From Actinomycetota bacterium (GTDB taxonomy: Bacteria; Actinomycetota; AC-67): a stretch of DNA of 64,000 bases. This document shows positions 1 to 9,517 of this stretch, piece after piece; within the stretch, counting starts at the first letter, position 1, and every line of letters begins with the position of its first letter. Below the pieces are notes generated by a model. The model searched no databases, had not been told where the DNA came from, and worked only from the letters and a program-made list of their open reading frames with translations. Both the position numbers and the translations under genes were made by a program. Location of the stretch: NCBI GenBank assembly GCA_046565595.1, contig JBKHYG010000100.1, positions 20,838-84,837 of the forward strand. The letters are read 5' to 3'.

Positions 1-1109
1 GTCTTGTCAGGCATGGCCTCACCGGTGACCGGGTCCGGAACGAACTCGCGAAGCGGTGTCTGCAGGCCGCCGACCATCCCGGAGAAATAGATCGCGGGGG
101 CCCCAGTCTCCTCTTCGAGGGCGAGGCGAGTGCCATGCGGAAAGTCACTAGAGATGTACGGGTTGTCAGAGCCCTGCGCCTCGGGATGGTTGTTCCAATT
201 CACGATGGTCCCGATCGTGGAGCCGTCTGAGACACGCACGAACTGGGCGGTCGGAACACGAGGATCCTTCACGCTCGGAGGCCGTGAGTCACGGATGGCC
301 ATGGGCTGCTCGCCGGTCGCGAGTTTCACTTCTGCGGCTTCACGGCTGGTCCAAGCCTCGTAGACAGCATCGATGATCTGGGAACGGATGAACGCTTGGT
401 AGGCGGGGAACTTGCCGTCGGTGTTCAGGAAGAGCTGACCCCAGTAGCCCATCGTGTCGACACCCTCATGGGTGTGAGTCGAACTGACGACGAGTTCGTC
501 GATGGGCATTTCGGGGTAGCGCTTCTTCATCTCGTCGCGCGCACGCCGCACCTCGATGTTGAACAGCCCGACCACATCGAGCGAGACCATCGCAACGCTG
601 TCATCACCGAGTTCCATGACGACCGCACGAGCCCATGTGTCATCGGCGACACCGAGGGTGCAGGTGCTTCCGAAACCGGCGTTGGCCCATAGCCCGTCGA
701 ACTTGCCGAGCGAACTCGGGTCGCCAACGATGGTGACACCGCGGACCTCGCGGATGCCGGTCATGAGGCCGTCGCCGGTGTGATTCCACGCCTGGTCGAT
801 GTGGGGTTCGACCATCTCGCCGCGCGGAGGGTCGCCATCTAGGACCGGTTCCACATTCCGGTTGGTCGCACCGCCGTAGCAACCATCTCCATCCAGGTCC
901 TCGAAGGGCTCGCCCCAGATGCCGGTGGTCGGCTGCGGCGTGAAGTAGTCGGCCCATTCCGCCGGCGGTTCGCCCTGTGGCGTGATCGCGCGGACGCCGA
1001 AACCAACTCGGAAGGTCGGGTCGTCGGCCTGGCTCGCGGTGAATGCTCCGACCGCGGTCAGCAGCATCGCGAACAGTAAGACGCGTGTAGTCGGTCGGAT
1101 GTTCGGCAT
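1..1109 (-). CDS. Neutral/alkaline ceramidase-like secreted hydrolase (partial; C-terminal part lies beyond window start)
   Basis: Own translation of minus frame starting at ATG 1109: MPNIRPTTRVLLFAMLLTAVGAFTASQADDP (signal peptide), then GFGVRAITP and VVSSTHTHEGVD motifs resembling the neutral ceramidase N-terminal domain; RBS GAAGGAG upstream of the ATG. Absent from ORF track because there is no stop codon inside the window. Confidence 0.55.
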   Translation of the reverse strand, partial: MPNIRPTTRVLLFAMLLTAVGAFTASQADDPTFRVGFGVRAITPQGEPPAEWADYFTPQPTTGIWGEPFEDLDGDGCYGGATNRNVEPVLDGDPPRGEMVEPHIDQAWNHTGDGLMTGIREVRGVTIVGDPSSLGKFDGLWANAGFGSTCTLGVADDTWARAVVMELGDDSVAMVSLDVVGLFNIEVRRARDEMKKRYPEMPIDELVVSSTHTHEGVDTMGYWGQLFLNTDGKFPAYQAFIRSQIIDAVYEAWTSREAAEVKLATGEQPMAIRDSRPPSVKDPRVPTAQFVRVSDGSTIGTIVNWNNHPEAQGSDNPYISSDFPHGTRLALEEETGAPAIYFSGMVGGLQTPLREFVPDPVTGEAMPDK

Positions 1110-1172
1110 GGACTGGCTCCTTCGTGGTGCTTAACCAAGGGTTCTCCACTCGGTGGGCAGTCCCCTGCCGGG

Positions 1173-2489
1173 TCAGGCCATGCGTTCCAGGAAGCCGATC
1201 TGTGCCGTCAGGGCCCGCTCTAGTTCCGCCAGGTCGATGCTCTCGTTGGTCGAGTGGAGTCGAGCCTGCGGGTCGACGCAGCCGGTCAACAGCAAGGACG
1301 CATCGGGGAATGTCTCTGCGAAGGCCGCGACGAACGGGATCGAGCCGCCCATCCCGATGTCGACCGGATCGGTACCCCATGCCGCTCGCATCGCGTCATG
1401 CATGGCCTTGGCTGCGGGTGTAGTCGTATCCACCGTGAAGGAACCGCCCGCAGCACCACGCTTCACGCTGACCTTCGCACCCCACGGCGTATGCGCTTCG
1501 AGGTGCTTCACGAGTTCGTCCAGGGCTCGCGTCGCGTCGTCGCCAGGTGCGATCCGCATCGAAACCTTCGCACGCGCGACGGGAACCAACTGGTTGATCG
1601 CGTCCGCGACGCTAGGCGCATCGATGCCGATGATGCTTACGGCCGGCCTGGTCCACATACGCTCGGTCAGGCTGCCGCTGCCGATCATCTGCACGCCTTC
1701 CAGTACGCCCGCTTCCGCTCGCAGCCGTTGCTCGTCCATGTCGACCGGGCTTGGTTTCCCGATGACACGGTCTCCGACGGTCGGGTTGCCGCTCTCGTCG
1801 TGCAGCGTCGCGAGCAGCCGACAGAGGACCGTCAACGCGTCGGGGATGGCGCCGCCATACACGCCAGAGTGAAGCGCATGATCGAGGGTGCGTACCTCGA
1901 CGACCGCATCGACGAGACCGCGGAGACTCGTGGTCAGGCTTGGCGTTCCAAGCGCCCAGTTGCCAGAGTCGGCGAGAACACAGGCGTCGGCTCGTAGTTC
2001 GTCCGCGTACGCCTCGAGGAAACGAGGCAGGTTCTCGCTGCCAGTCTCCTCCTCGCCCTCGACCAAGATCCGAACGCCGACCGGAGGCTTCGAGTCGTAG
2101 GCGGAGATCGTCGCCCAGTGCGCGATGGCCCCCCATTTGTCGTCGACGGTTCCGCGGCCGTAGAGCCGCCCGTTCCGTTCGGTCGGCTCGAAGGGATCGG
2201 ACTCCCATTCCTCGAGCGGTCCCGGCGGTTGCACATCGTGGTGCGCGTACAGGAGCACCGTCGGGGCACCCTCGGGAGCGGGGACAGAAGCAAGCACGGC
2301 AGGATGTGCTCCATCGATCTCCAGCAGGCGGCTGTCCATGCCCGCAGATGCGTAGAGGTCGCGCAGGTAGTTGGCGCTCGCCCGCACATCCTCTGCGCGG
2401 CCTGGATCTGCACTGACCGACGGGATCTTGACGAGAGCCTCCAGGTGCGCGCGCACCTCGGGCATCAGGTCTGCAGCATCTCTAGGCAT
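1173..2489 (-). CDS. M20 family metallopeptidase (ArgE/DapE/CPG2-like dipeptidase)
   Basis: 438-aa ORF; HHDVQPPG, GRGTVDDKWG, and EGEEETGS metal-binding motifs typical of peptidase M20; alternative start at MPEVRAHL 24 nt downstream. Confidence 0.8.
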   Translation of the reverse strand: MPRDAADLMPEVRAHLEALVKIPSVSADPGRAEDVRASANYLRDLYASAGMDSRLLEIDGAHPAVLASVPAPEGAPTVLLYAHHDVQPPGPLEEWESDPFEPTERNGRLYGRGTVDDKWGAIAHWATISAYDSKPPVGVRILVEGEEETGSENLPRFLEAYADELRADACVLADSGNWALGTPSLTTSLRGLVDAVVEVRTLDHALHSGVYGGAIPDALTVLCRLLATLHDESGNPTVGDRVIGKPSPVDMDEQRLRAEAGVLEGVQMIGSGSLTERMWTRPAVSIIGIDAPSVADAINQLVPVARAKVSMRIAPGDDATRALDELVKHLEAHTPWGAKVSVKRGAAGGSFTVDTTTPAAKAMHDAMRAAWGTDPVDIGMGGSIPFVAAFAETFPDASLLLTGCVDPQARLHSTNESIDLAELERALTAQIGFLERMA

Positions 2490-2559
2490 GCTCGCGAGCC
2501 TAGGCCGGCGTACGAGACCGACGCTGGCCAGATGCCAGACGACTAACCTGAGAGGCTGC

Positions 2560-2632
2560 GGGCCCGTAGCTCAATCGGCAGAGCAGCGGACTTTTAATCC
2601 GACGGTTGGGGGTTCGATTCCCTCCGGGCCTA
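2560..2632 (+). tRNA. tRNA-Lys (anticodon TTT)
   Basis: 73-nt cloverleaf: acceptor GGGCCCG/CGGGCCT (G1-U72 wobble), D stem GCTC/GAGC, anticodon loop CTTTTAA, T arm GGGGG-TTCGATT-CCCTC; one G-A mismatch at base of anticodon stem. Confidence 0.8.
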
Positions 2633-2821
2633 CTCCCACCACTCTTGGGGAAGTTTCCCTTCGATCGCGCGGATGTTGCTGCGTACGCAGCTCGGGCAAG
2701 TGAAGACCGTGCGGCCGTCCTCGAACGAGAACGACCAGCCGTCTGGCATCCCGCCAGGGGCACATTCGGCGCTCAATCCACAGCGCCCGCAATACTTGGT
2801 CTCGCGCTCTTGGTCCGCCAT
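2630..2821 (-). CDS. Small zinc-ribbon protein (two CxxC pairs), hypothetical
   Basis: 63-aa ORF MADQERETKYCGRCGL...TCPSCV; four Cys in CxxC...CxxC arrangement; no strong RBS seen. Confidence 0.4.
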   Translation of the reverse strand: MADQERETKYCGRCGLSAECAPGGMPDGWSFSFEDGRTVFTCPSCVRSNIRAIEGKLPQEWWE

Positions 2822-2855
2822 GCGCCACAGTCTCGCAGACGCGTACCCTCAAGGC

Positions 2856-3815
2856 ATGCGGCTACTGATACTCGGAGGAACCGGATTCCTCGGTTACCAC
2901 ACGACACGCAGCGCACTCGACGCTGGGCATGAGGTTTCCCTGTTCAACCGAGGCAAGTCGCGCCCCGATGAGTTCGGTGAGGTCGAACGGCTCATCGGAG
3001 ATCGGGTCGCCGGAGACATAGCAGCGCTCGAAGCCGTGGACGGGCTCGACGCTGTGATCGATTGCACCGGCTACCTGCCTTCGCAGGTGAAGGCTTCCGC
3101 GCAACTGCTGCGCGCGCGCTCCCGCCGGTACCTGTTCGTATCGACCATCTCGGTCTATGACATGGGATCGGCCGAGGTTCCGATCACCGAGGATGCCCCG
3201 CTCGCGCAGATGCCTGATGGTGTCGACGAGTCGAAGGTGTCTCCGGAGACCTACGGGCCTCTCAAGGTTCGATGCGAACAGGAGGCTCGAGACGCTTTCG
3301 GCAACGACGCGGTGATCGTTCGCCCGGGGCTGATCGTTGGCCCTCACGATCCGACCGACCGCTTCACCTACTGGGTGCGGCGAGGACGCGACGGAGGGAA
3401 GATCCTCGCGCCGGGTTCTCCGCAGGATCGCGTGCAGGTGATCGACGGCCGCGACCTGGGCGCGTGGATGGTCGACCTCGCACTGGGGGAGATCTCGGGG
3501 GTATTCAATGGAGTTGCTCCGCCCGAAACCTTCGGCACGATGCTCGAGGCGTGCGTGGTCGCACCCGATGCCGAGGTGCGATGGATCCCCAGCGAAGTCC
3601 TGATCGAAGCCGGAGTCGAGCCATGGCAGGATCTGCCGCTCTGGGTCGGAGATGCTGAACTGTTCGTGAGCGATGCTCGGGCATCGGCCGCTGGCCTCGT
3701 GACCCGGCCGCTACGGGAGACGATCGCGGATACCCGCGAGTGGGATGAGCAACGCGGCCTGCCAGAACTCAAGGCTGGCATCTCGCGGGAGCGCGAGGCG
3801 GAACTACTTTCCTGA
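2856..3815 (+). CDS. NAD(P)-dependent epimerase/dehydratase family (SDR) protein
   Basis: Start moved to ATG 2856 (MRLLILGGTGFLGYH Rossmann GxxGxxG at N-terminus); track ORF from 2673 is an upstream extension overlapping the convergent small ORF. Confidence 0.75.
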   Translation: MRLLILGGTGFLGYHTTRSALDAGHEVSLFNRGKSRPDEFGEVERLIGDRVAGDIAALEAVDGLDAVIDCTGYLPSQVKASAQLLRARSRRYLFVSTISVYDMGSAEVPITEDAPLAQMPDGVDESKVSPETYGPLKVRCEQEARDAFGNDAVIVRPGLIVGPHDPTDRFTYWVRRGRDGGKILAPGSPQDRVQVIDGRDLGAWMVDLALGEISGVFNGVAPPETFGTMLEACVVAPDAEVRWIPSEVLIEAGVEPWQDLPLWVGDAELFVSDARASAAGLVTRPLRETIADTREWDEQRGLPELKAGISREREAELLS

Positions 3816-3856
3816 GCCGACCAGGATTACCCGAGGCTCGCGGCGAATCGTGGCAT

Positions 3857-6166
3857 ATGAGAAACTTCCGCCGCGTCACCGTTGGAACGGTCTCCGTCGT
3901 CGGTCTGACGCTGACCATGCTGTCGAGCCCGGTCGTGTCGACGCCGCTCGGCGTCCAGGTTCCGGTCGAGCCGACCGCGATCGTGATCGACGCGATCCGT
4001 GATGCGCTCGGCCAGTCACGCTGGCTCGGTATCGACGGCCATGTGCATTCCGATCACAGCCACGATGCTGGGTTCTTCCATCAGCAGGAGAAGACACCAG
4101 AGAGCCACGACACCTTCGTTCGTGACCAGATCGACGAAGCCGAACGCGTAGGCGAAGACCTGGTGACCCTGACCGATCACCGCACCTACGACCAGGCCTA
4201 CGACCCCGAATACAGGTCGAGCCAAGCAACGCTGCTGGATGGCGAAGAGTGGGGCGGCTATCCGCACGCGACCGCGTGGGGGATCGTCGAGACACTCGTG
4301 CAGGGACCAGATCTCGGCGACTGCGGCGTGACGCTGGCTGCTCGAGAAGTGCGAGCACAGGACGGGATCTTCGGCATAGCTCACCCCGAGGACGGTCAAC
4401 GGCCTTGCGTGAGCGAGGAGACGATCAAAGACATCCCCATCGACCATCTCGAAGCGTTCCGCTGGCCCCACACGAACTTCTGGGCCAGCAACATCGCCGC
4501 CGATAACCGAGTGGTTCCCGTCACGGGCTCCGACAATCATTTCCGCCAGTTGCATGGGACCGAAGCTGGGGTCGGCGGGAACTCGACGCTGATCCTGGCC
4601 GAGGACGCTACCCAGGCCGCCATCGTCGAAGCGGTCCGCGCGGGGCGGGTCGCGTCTGTCACTAGGATGCTCGGACCTACGCTGTCGACGCTGCTCGACG
4701 CTGACGGAGACGGCGAGTTCGAAACCCTGACCGGCGGCTGGTCCGAACCGACCGGGCCTACGGTGCGGGTGGCCTTCGAGGCCAGGAACGCGCAAGGTCT
4801 GCGGTTGCAGGTGTTGGACGATCAGGCGATGGTCGCAGAGGAACTGGTGACGCTGCCGGTGCAGACCTTCGTGTTCGATCTGCCCTCTGATCGTCCTTTC
4901 TGGCGGGGCCAATTGGATGCGAGCCCCACCGACCGCATCACCGGCGGAGTCCTACACGACTACCTGTCCTACATCGACTCGCTGAGGTTGATCAGTTCGC
5001 CGGTGTACCTCTCACCCGAGTCGCTTCGGGACCCTGGCTCCACGCCCTTGATCACCGACGCTGCATACGCTGGCTTCCCGGACACGGCGATCAGCGGCAC
5101 CGACACCCTGCTGGTGACCCAGGAGCGAGCCGCTGGCACCTATCGGATCGTGCTTCGGAATATCACGACCGGGACCGAGCAGGTCTTGAGCAGTGACGAT
5201 CAGGACGCGCGAGAACCGGCCATAGCAGCTCGAGGATCCAAGGTCGTCGTCGCCTACACCGATCGATCGCCAACCGCGCGCGCAGGCCGGATCTGGCTGC
5301 GGATCAGCGACGACGGGGGTGCGACCTTCCCGGATGCCGAAGGCCTCTTGATCAACAAGCGGCTGGGAGCCATGCCTGATGTCGCCATCTCGGAGGACGG
5401 CGACATACATGTCGTCTGGTCTTCGATGGAGGATGGTTTCAAGATCCGTCACAAGATCGCAGGCTCTGATGACTCGACCTTGCTGTCGTCTGCGGTGTCC
5501 AGACTGCTGGGACGGGCCTCCTACTCTCCCTACCAAGAGATCCGTCATGTGCCCGCCGCGATCGACCCCACCATCGCGATCGAGGGTGACGATGTGGTGG
5601 TCGCGTGGAGCGACAACCGCGAGGATGTCACACCGCTGCGTAACGGCACTCCAGATGATTGGGGCATCTATGTGGCGAGTTCCTCGGACTCCGGAGGCAC
5701 CTGGTCCCAGGATGCGCGGATCTCGCCTCGGCACGACAAGCGCGGGCCTGATCCGGATGACCCCGAACGCATGGAGGGCAACCCCGCCAAACATCCCACA
5801 CTCGCCTACCTAGACGGGCGGTTCGTTGCTGCTTGGAGTGACGCGAACGGAAGCGGAAGTCGCATCCGGTCGTTGCGTTCCACCGACGGTGGGGCAACCT
5901 GGAGCGGGCTGCTAGAGATCCCGACTCCCTCGAACGAGATGGCCTACCGCCCGGCCCTGGGACAGATCGCGGGCATGACGGTCGTGGCGTGGCAGCAGAG
6001 CGATGGGAAACGCTGGCTGCTTCACGCCGCCGATGTTGACTCTGCAGAGATCGGGGCGGCCTTCTCGCTCGGACCGTTCGCAGGTTTCCCGAGCCTCGCC
6101 GGCGACACGATCTTCTACACCGCGTCAGGCGCTGATCGTTACGGGATCGCTACGACCCAGTTCTGA
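3857..6166 (+). CDS. Secreted PHP-domain phosphoesterase fused to BNR/Asp-box repeat (sialidase-like beta-propeller) domain
   Basis: Signal peptide MRNFRRVTVGTVSVVGLTLTMLSSPVVS; PHP-type His clusters IDGHVHSDHSHDAG, TLTDHRTY, GIAHPEDG, TGSDNHF; C-terminal half has repeated SxDxGxTW/F Asp-boxes (SDDGGATF, SSDSGGTW, STDGGATW). Confidence 0.6.
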   Translation: MRNFRRVTVGTVSVVGLTLTMLSSPVVSTPLGVQVPVEPTAIVIDAIRDALGQSRWLGIDGHVHSDHSHDAGFFHQQEKTPESHDTFVRDQIDEAERVGEDLVTLTDHRTYDQAYDPEYRSSQATLLDGEEWGGYPHATAWGIVETLVQGPDLGDCGVTLAAREVRAQDGIFGIAHPEDGQRPCVSEETIKDIPIDHLEAFRWPHTNFWASNIAADNRVVPVTGSDNHFRQLHGTEAGVGGNSTLILAEDATQAAIVEAVRAGRVASVTRMLGPTLSTLLDADGDGEFETLTGGWSEPTGPTVRVAFEARNAQGLRLQVLDDQAMVAEELVTLPVQTFVFDLPSDRPFWRGQLDASPTDRITGGVLHDYLSYIDSLRLISSPVYLSPESLRDPGSTPLITDAAYAGFPDTAISGTDTLLVTQERAAGTYRIVLRNITTGTEQVLSSDDQDAREPAIAARGSKVVVAYTDRSPTARAGRIWLRISDDGGATFPDAEGLLINKRLGAMPDVAISEDGDIHVVWSSMEDGFKIRHKIAGSDDSTLLSSAVSRLLGRASYSPYQEIRHVPAAIDPTIAIEGDDVVVAWSDNREDVTPLRNGTPDDWGIYVASSSDSGGTWSQDARISPRHDKRGPDPDDPERMEGNPAKHPTLAYLDGRFVAAWSDANGSGSRIRSLRSTDGGATWSGLLEIPTPSNEMAYRPALGQIAGMTVVAWQQSDGKRWLLHAADVDSAEIGAAFSLGPFAGFPSLAGDTIFYTASGADRYGIATTQF

Positions 6167-6207
6167 TCTCACGCCGAGCAACACAGCCCCACGCATGAGA
6201 CCGGTCG

Positions 6208-7185
6208 TCACGCGTCGCGGCGTTGACGACGCGCTAAAGGTTCGCGGATCGGCGGTCGGTCCTGCTCCGCTAGATCAGCGATCTCGAGACTGGCTGCCGC
6301 GTCGGGCAGCAACGCTGTCGTAGGCACGACCCCGAGTTTGAGTCGGCCGTCCCGATCTGCCCTCTCGGCGATCGCACGCACGATCGTGGTCGCCATGCCG
6401 CGAAGTTGACGCAGGGGACGGTTGCGATGCACGCGCTCATCCAGATCGACCTGAGCCAGAGCATCGAGTCCGACCTCTGCGAGCAGGTCGATCAGCAGGG
6501 CGACATCCACGCCGTAACCGGTCCTGAAGGGCAGACGCTCCAGCACTTCACGCCGTCCTGCGTACTCGCCGGCCAGCGGCTGCAGGAATCCGGCGAGTTC
6601 GGGATACAGCAGGTTCAGCAGAGGACGCGCGGTCAGTTCGGTGACCCGACCGCCCGCCGCGGGAACCAGCGCGGTTTCGACCCGCAACGGCCGCCGATAG
6701 AAGCCCTTGGTGAAGGACAGGGTCTCGTCGAAGATCAGCGGAGCGACCAGCCTCGAGACGAACCGCTGATCGAAGTTGCGGATGTCTCCATCGACGAAAC
6801 ACACGATGTCTCCGTCGACGACCGCCAGCGAGCGCCAGAGAGCCTCGCCCTTCCCGAGGACCCACGGGATCTCGGGGAGGATCTGCGGTAACCGCTCGAC
6901 CCGCGCGCCTGCCACCTCGGCGATCTCAGCGGTCCGATCCGAAGAGTCGCAGTCGATCACGACCAACTCTGACACGACGCCGTCGCAAAGTTGCGCGGAG
7001 ATCAGCGAGACGATGTCCCCGATGGTGCGCGCTTCATCGCGAGCCGGGATCACGACGCTGACCTTCAACCGGCGAGCGCGAACCTGCTCAGCCAGGTCCT
7101 CGAGGCTTGCGCCGGGCGCCGTGAGGGTCCGTGATCCGGCCCACCGCTGTGCGGTGAGCGTGGCAGCGTCGATCGTAGCGCTCAT
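6208..7185 (-). CDS. gpgS: Glucosyl-3-phosphoglycerate synthase (GT81)
   Basis: Strong motif agreement with mycobacterial GpgS: VSVVIPARDE, GKGEALWRSLA, GFYRRPL, GGRVTEL, HRNRPL. Confidence 0.8.
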   Translation of the reverse strand: MSATIDAATLTAQRWAGSRTLTAPGASLEDLAEQVRARRLKVSVVIPARDEARTIGDIVSLISAQLCDGVVSELVVIDCDSSDRTAEIAEVAGARVERLPQILPEIPWVLGKGEALWRSLAVVDGDIVCFVDGDIRNFDQRFVSRLVAPLIFDETLSFTKGFYRRPLRVETALVPAAGGRVTELTARPLLNLLYPELAGFLQPLAGEYAGRREVLERLPFRTGYGVDVALLIDLLAEVGLDALAQVDLDERVHRNRPLRQLRGMATTIVRAIAERADRDGRLKLGVVPTTALLPDAAASLEIADLAEQDRPPIREPLARRQRRDA

Positions 7186-7242
7186 CGCGCGGCCAGACTA
7201 GCCGCGACGGTCGGCGCCGTTTATCCCAGGCGATCGGCCCTG

Positions 7243-7806
7243 TCAGGAGCCGTCGATACCGTCGCAGTTCTGGTCGATGCCGTCAACTGTCAGATCTGGC
7301 TCGCTCGGATTCACATCCGGGGCCAGGTCATCGCAGTCGCCTCCGTCTTCGGCCCAACCTACAGGAGGCTGATCGAAGCAGACAGGATCACCTGCGCCGA
7401 AGCCGTCGCCGTCCTGGTCCTTCCAGTAGTCCGAGTCCGTGACGGTCACCGCCACCGGGTCCGATGTCGTTGCCAGAGGCGTCGCGTCGAAGACGGTGGC
7501 TGTAACCGAGTGGTCACCGTCGGGACCGATGGCCAGATCGACATCGAACCGGCCGTCTGCATCGGCGGTCGCATAGTCCGCGATCTCGCCATCGACCTTG
7601 ATCGCCACGGTTCGGCCGTTGCCCGGGATGATGCCGTCTGGACCGAACGCTACGCGCCCCTGATAGGACAGCGACCGCTGACTGCACCTCTGGAGACCGC
7701 CGCCTCCTAGCGAGACCGTCGTGAGTCCCAGCGGGTCAGCCGACGCACCGCCGGTGCCGAACAGGGTCAGCGCGGCCGCTCCGGCCGCCAGCAGACTGCG
7801 GATCAT
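7243..7806 (-). CDS. Secreted protein with C-terminal cysteine-rich putative metal-binding (MopE-like) motif
   Basis: Start chosen at ATG 7806 (MIRSLLAAGAAALTLFGTGGASA signal peptide; RBS GGAGGG upstream); C-terminus DQDGDGFGAGDPVCFDQPP...GGDCDDLAPDVNPSEPDLTVDGIDQNCDG matches the Asp/Cys-rich metal-binding repeat. Confidence 0.55.
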   Translation of the reverse strand: MIRSLLAAGAAALTLFGTGGASADPLGLTTVSLGGGGLQRCSQRSLSYQGRVAFGPDGIIPGNGRTVAIKVDGEIADYATADADGRFDVDLAIGPDGDHSVTATVFDATPLATTSDPVAVTVTDSDYWKDQDGDGFGAGDPVCFDQPPVGWAEDGGDCDDLAPDVNPSEPDLTVDGIDQNCDGIDGS

Positions 7807-7931
7807 CGAACCCTCCTGCCGGTCGGGCCGGCCCAAGTCGTTGAGAGAAGTAGGGCGAGATTTCGACGCGTCTGACCATTTCCCTGCCGACCTGCAGGTG
7901 TGCCGGGCCCTCGCCCCGGGTACCCTGCGGG

Positions 7932-8780
7932 ATGATGCGGCAACAACGGACCGATCGCCTCGTCTGGCGAGTCACAGGCGAGGACGCCCTCGGCCTCCTC
8001 GAGGCGACCACGACGCAGCATGTTGCCGACCTGCAGCCTGGCCAGGCCAAGCCGGCGTGCCTCCTGGACGAGAACGGCCGGATCCAAGCCTTCCTCCGAG
8101 TATCGAGGGACCAAGAAGGCGCCGTCTATCTCGACGGCGTTCCCGCGGGAGCACCCGGGGTGGCTTGGGTAGCCAAACTCGCGCCGTTATCGCGGTGCGA
8201 GATCCGAGAAGCCTCTGACCTGATGGTGGTGCGTGGGGCGACCGGCGCCGACGGGGCGCTTGTAGAGGATCAACGGTTCGATGGACTCGAAGGGGCCGAC
8301 TCGATCGTGGCCGCCAACGACGAACCGGTCGAACCCGAGATCGATGAGGCTGAACGGGTAGCTCGCGGTTGGCCCCGGTTCGGCCTGGACTTCACCGACC
8401 AGACCCTGCTGAACGACACCCCGCTGCTCGAGCTCGCCACCTCTTTCACCAAGGGCTGTTACCGAGGCCAAGAGACCGTCGCCAAGATCCGAAACCTCGG
8501 GCACGCTCGTCGTCGGATGGTGCGCGCGCACGCCTCGAGTCCGGAGCGATGGATGGCTGGCGTCGAGGTTTCCCTCGATGGGACCTCGATCGGGACCGTC
8601 GGGTCAGCCGCGATCCTCGACGATGAGGCGTATGCGATAGCGACCGTCAAGAGCGAGCACGCCGAGGCGGTCGCGACGATCGGCGGAACCGAGGTTCGGC
8701 TCGAGCCCATCGTGCTGGCCGAAGCTCCCCCGCCACCTCCCCCTCCCGGCAGGACGCTTCGCCTCGGCATGAAGGGTTGA
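7932..8780 (+). CDS. ygfZ: Folate-binding YgfZ family protein (GcvT-like fold)
   Basis: Contains YgfZ signature KGCYRGQE; 282 aa. Confidence 0.7.
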   Translation: MMRQQRTDRLVWRVTGEDALGLLEATTTQHVADLQPGQAKPACLLDENGRIQAFLRVSRDQEGAVYLDGVPAGAPGVAWVAKLAPLSRCEIREASDLMVVRGATGADGALVEDQRFDGLEGADSIVAANDEPVEPEIDEAERVARGWPRFGLDFTDQTLLNDTPLLELATSFTKGCYRGQETVAKIRNLGHARRRMVRAHASSPERWMAGVEVSLDGTSIGTVGSAAILDDEAYAIATVKSEHAEAVATIGGTEVRLEPIVLAEAPPPPPPPGRTLRLGMKG

Positions 8781-8840
8781 GCCACGCAGCTACGGTCTGA
8801 CCGGTTCGCGTGGGCACGGTAAACTTGCCTTCCGAACCAG

Positions 8841-8916
8841 GCTCCCATCGTCCAGCGGCCTAGGATTCCGCCCTTTCACGGCGGCGACACGGGTTCGAAT
8901 CCCGTTGGGAGTACCA
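8841..8916 (+). tRNA. tRNA-Glu (anticodon TTC), CCA encoded
   Basis: Acceptor GCTCCCA/TGGGAGT (G1-U72 as in other actinobacterial tRNA-Glu), anticodon stem CCGCC/GGCGG with loop CTTTCAC, T arm ACGGG-TTCGAAT-CCCGT, 3' ACCA. Confidence 0.85.
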
Positions 8917-8923
8917 TTCCGAC

Positions 8924-9514
8924 ATGGTGTCTTGGCACAAGCCGATGCTCAGGATCTTCCTGGCGTCTCTGACCCTCACGGCGCTGCTGGCGATCATCGC
9001 CATCCTCACGCGATCCTTCAGCGACACCGGCGCGCAGATCCTCGGGAACAGTGCAGCCATAGCGATCTACTCGCTGCTCGCTCTGATCGCCGCTGTCCCG
9101 CAGCAGGAACCGCGGGCGAAGGATCTGGCCACGCTGACCGTCGTTTCCACGCTGATCGCCTTGACCTTGTGGACCGTCAACATCTGGAGCGGCAGCTTCG
9201 AAGAGTGGACCGTTCGTCTGATCGGCATCTCGACGACGCTCGCCTTGGCCGGAACACATGGCTCGTTGATGCTGCGCCTGTTCGGCAAGACCGTCGAGAC
9301 CGACATGGTGGTCAAGATCACGCTGGGGTTGAACGCCGTGCTTTCGGCGATACTCATCGTGCTGTTCCTGGGCGACGGGAACAACATGCCGTGGCGGTTC
9401 GTTGCCGTACTCGCGGTGCTAGCTGTCCTTGGCACCCTCGCTGCCCCTCTGGTAGCTGCGCTGACCGAGACGCCCAGTCCCCGCAAACGATCGACCGAGC
9501 CGTCGCAGGCCTAG
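8924..9514 (+). CDS. Integral membrane protein, hypothetical (about 5 TM helices)
   Basis: 196-aa ORF rich in hydrophobic helical segments; no recognizable motif. Confidence 0.5.
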   Translation: MVSWHKPMLRIFLASLTLTALLAIIAILTRSFSDTGAQILGNSAAIAIYSLLALIAAVPQQEPRAKDLATLTVVSTLIALTLWTVNIWSGSFEEWTVRLIGISTTLALAGTHGSLMLRLFGKTVETDMVVKITLGLNAVLSAILIVLFLGDGNNMPWRFVAVLAVLAVLGTLAAPLVAALTETPSPRKRSTEPSQA

Positions 9515-9517
9515 CGC

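Noticed and set aside
640-1380. 246-aa minus-strand ORF (and other ORFs at 396..692, 1153..1872, 1254..1997)
   Set aside because: Arg/Pro-rich low-complexity translations typical of off-frame ORFs in high-GC DNA; region is better explained by the ceramidase-like gene (frame ending 1109, with RBS and signal peptide) and the M20 peptidase.
2673-3815. 380-aa version of the epimerase ORF
   Set aside because: Rossmann motif and homology start at MRLLILGGTGF (2856); upstream 61 codons overlap the convergent zinc-ribbon ORF.
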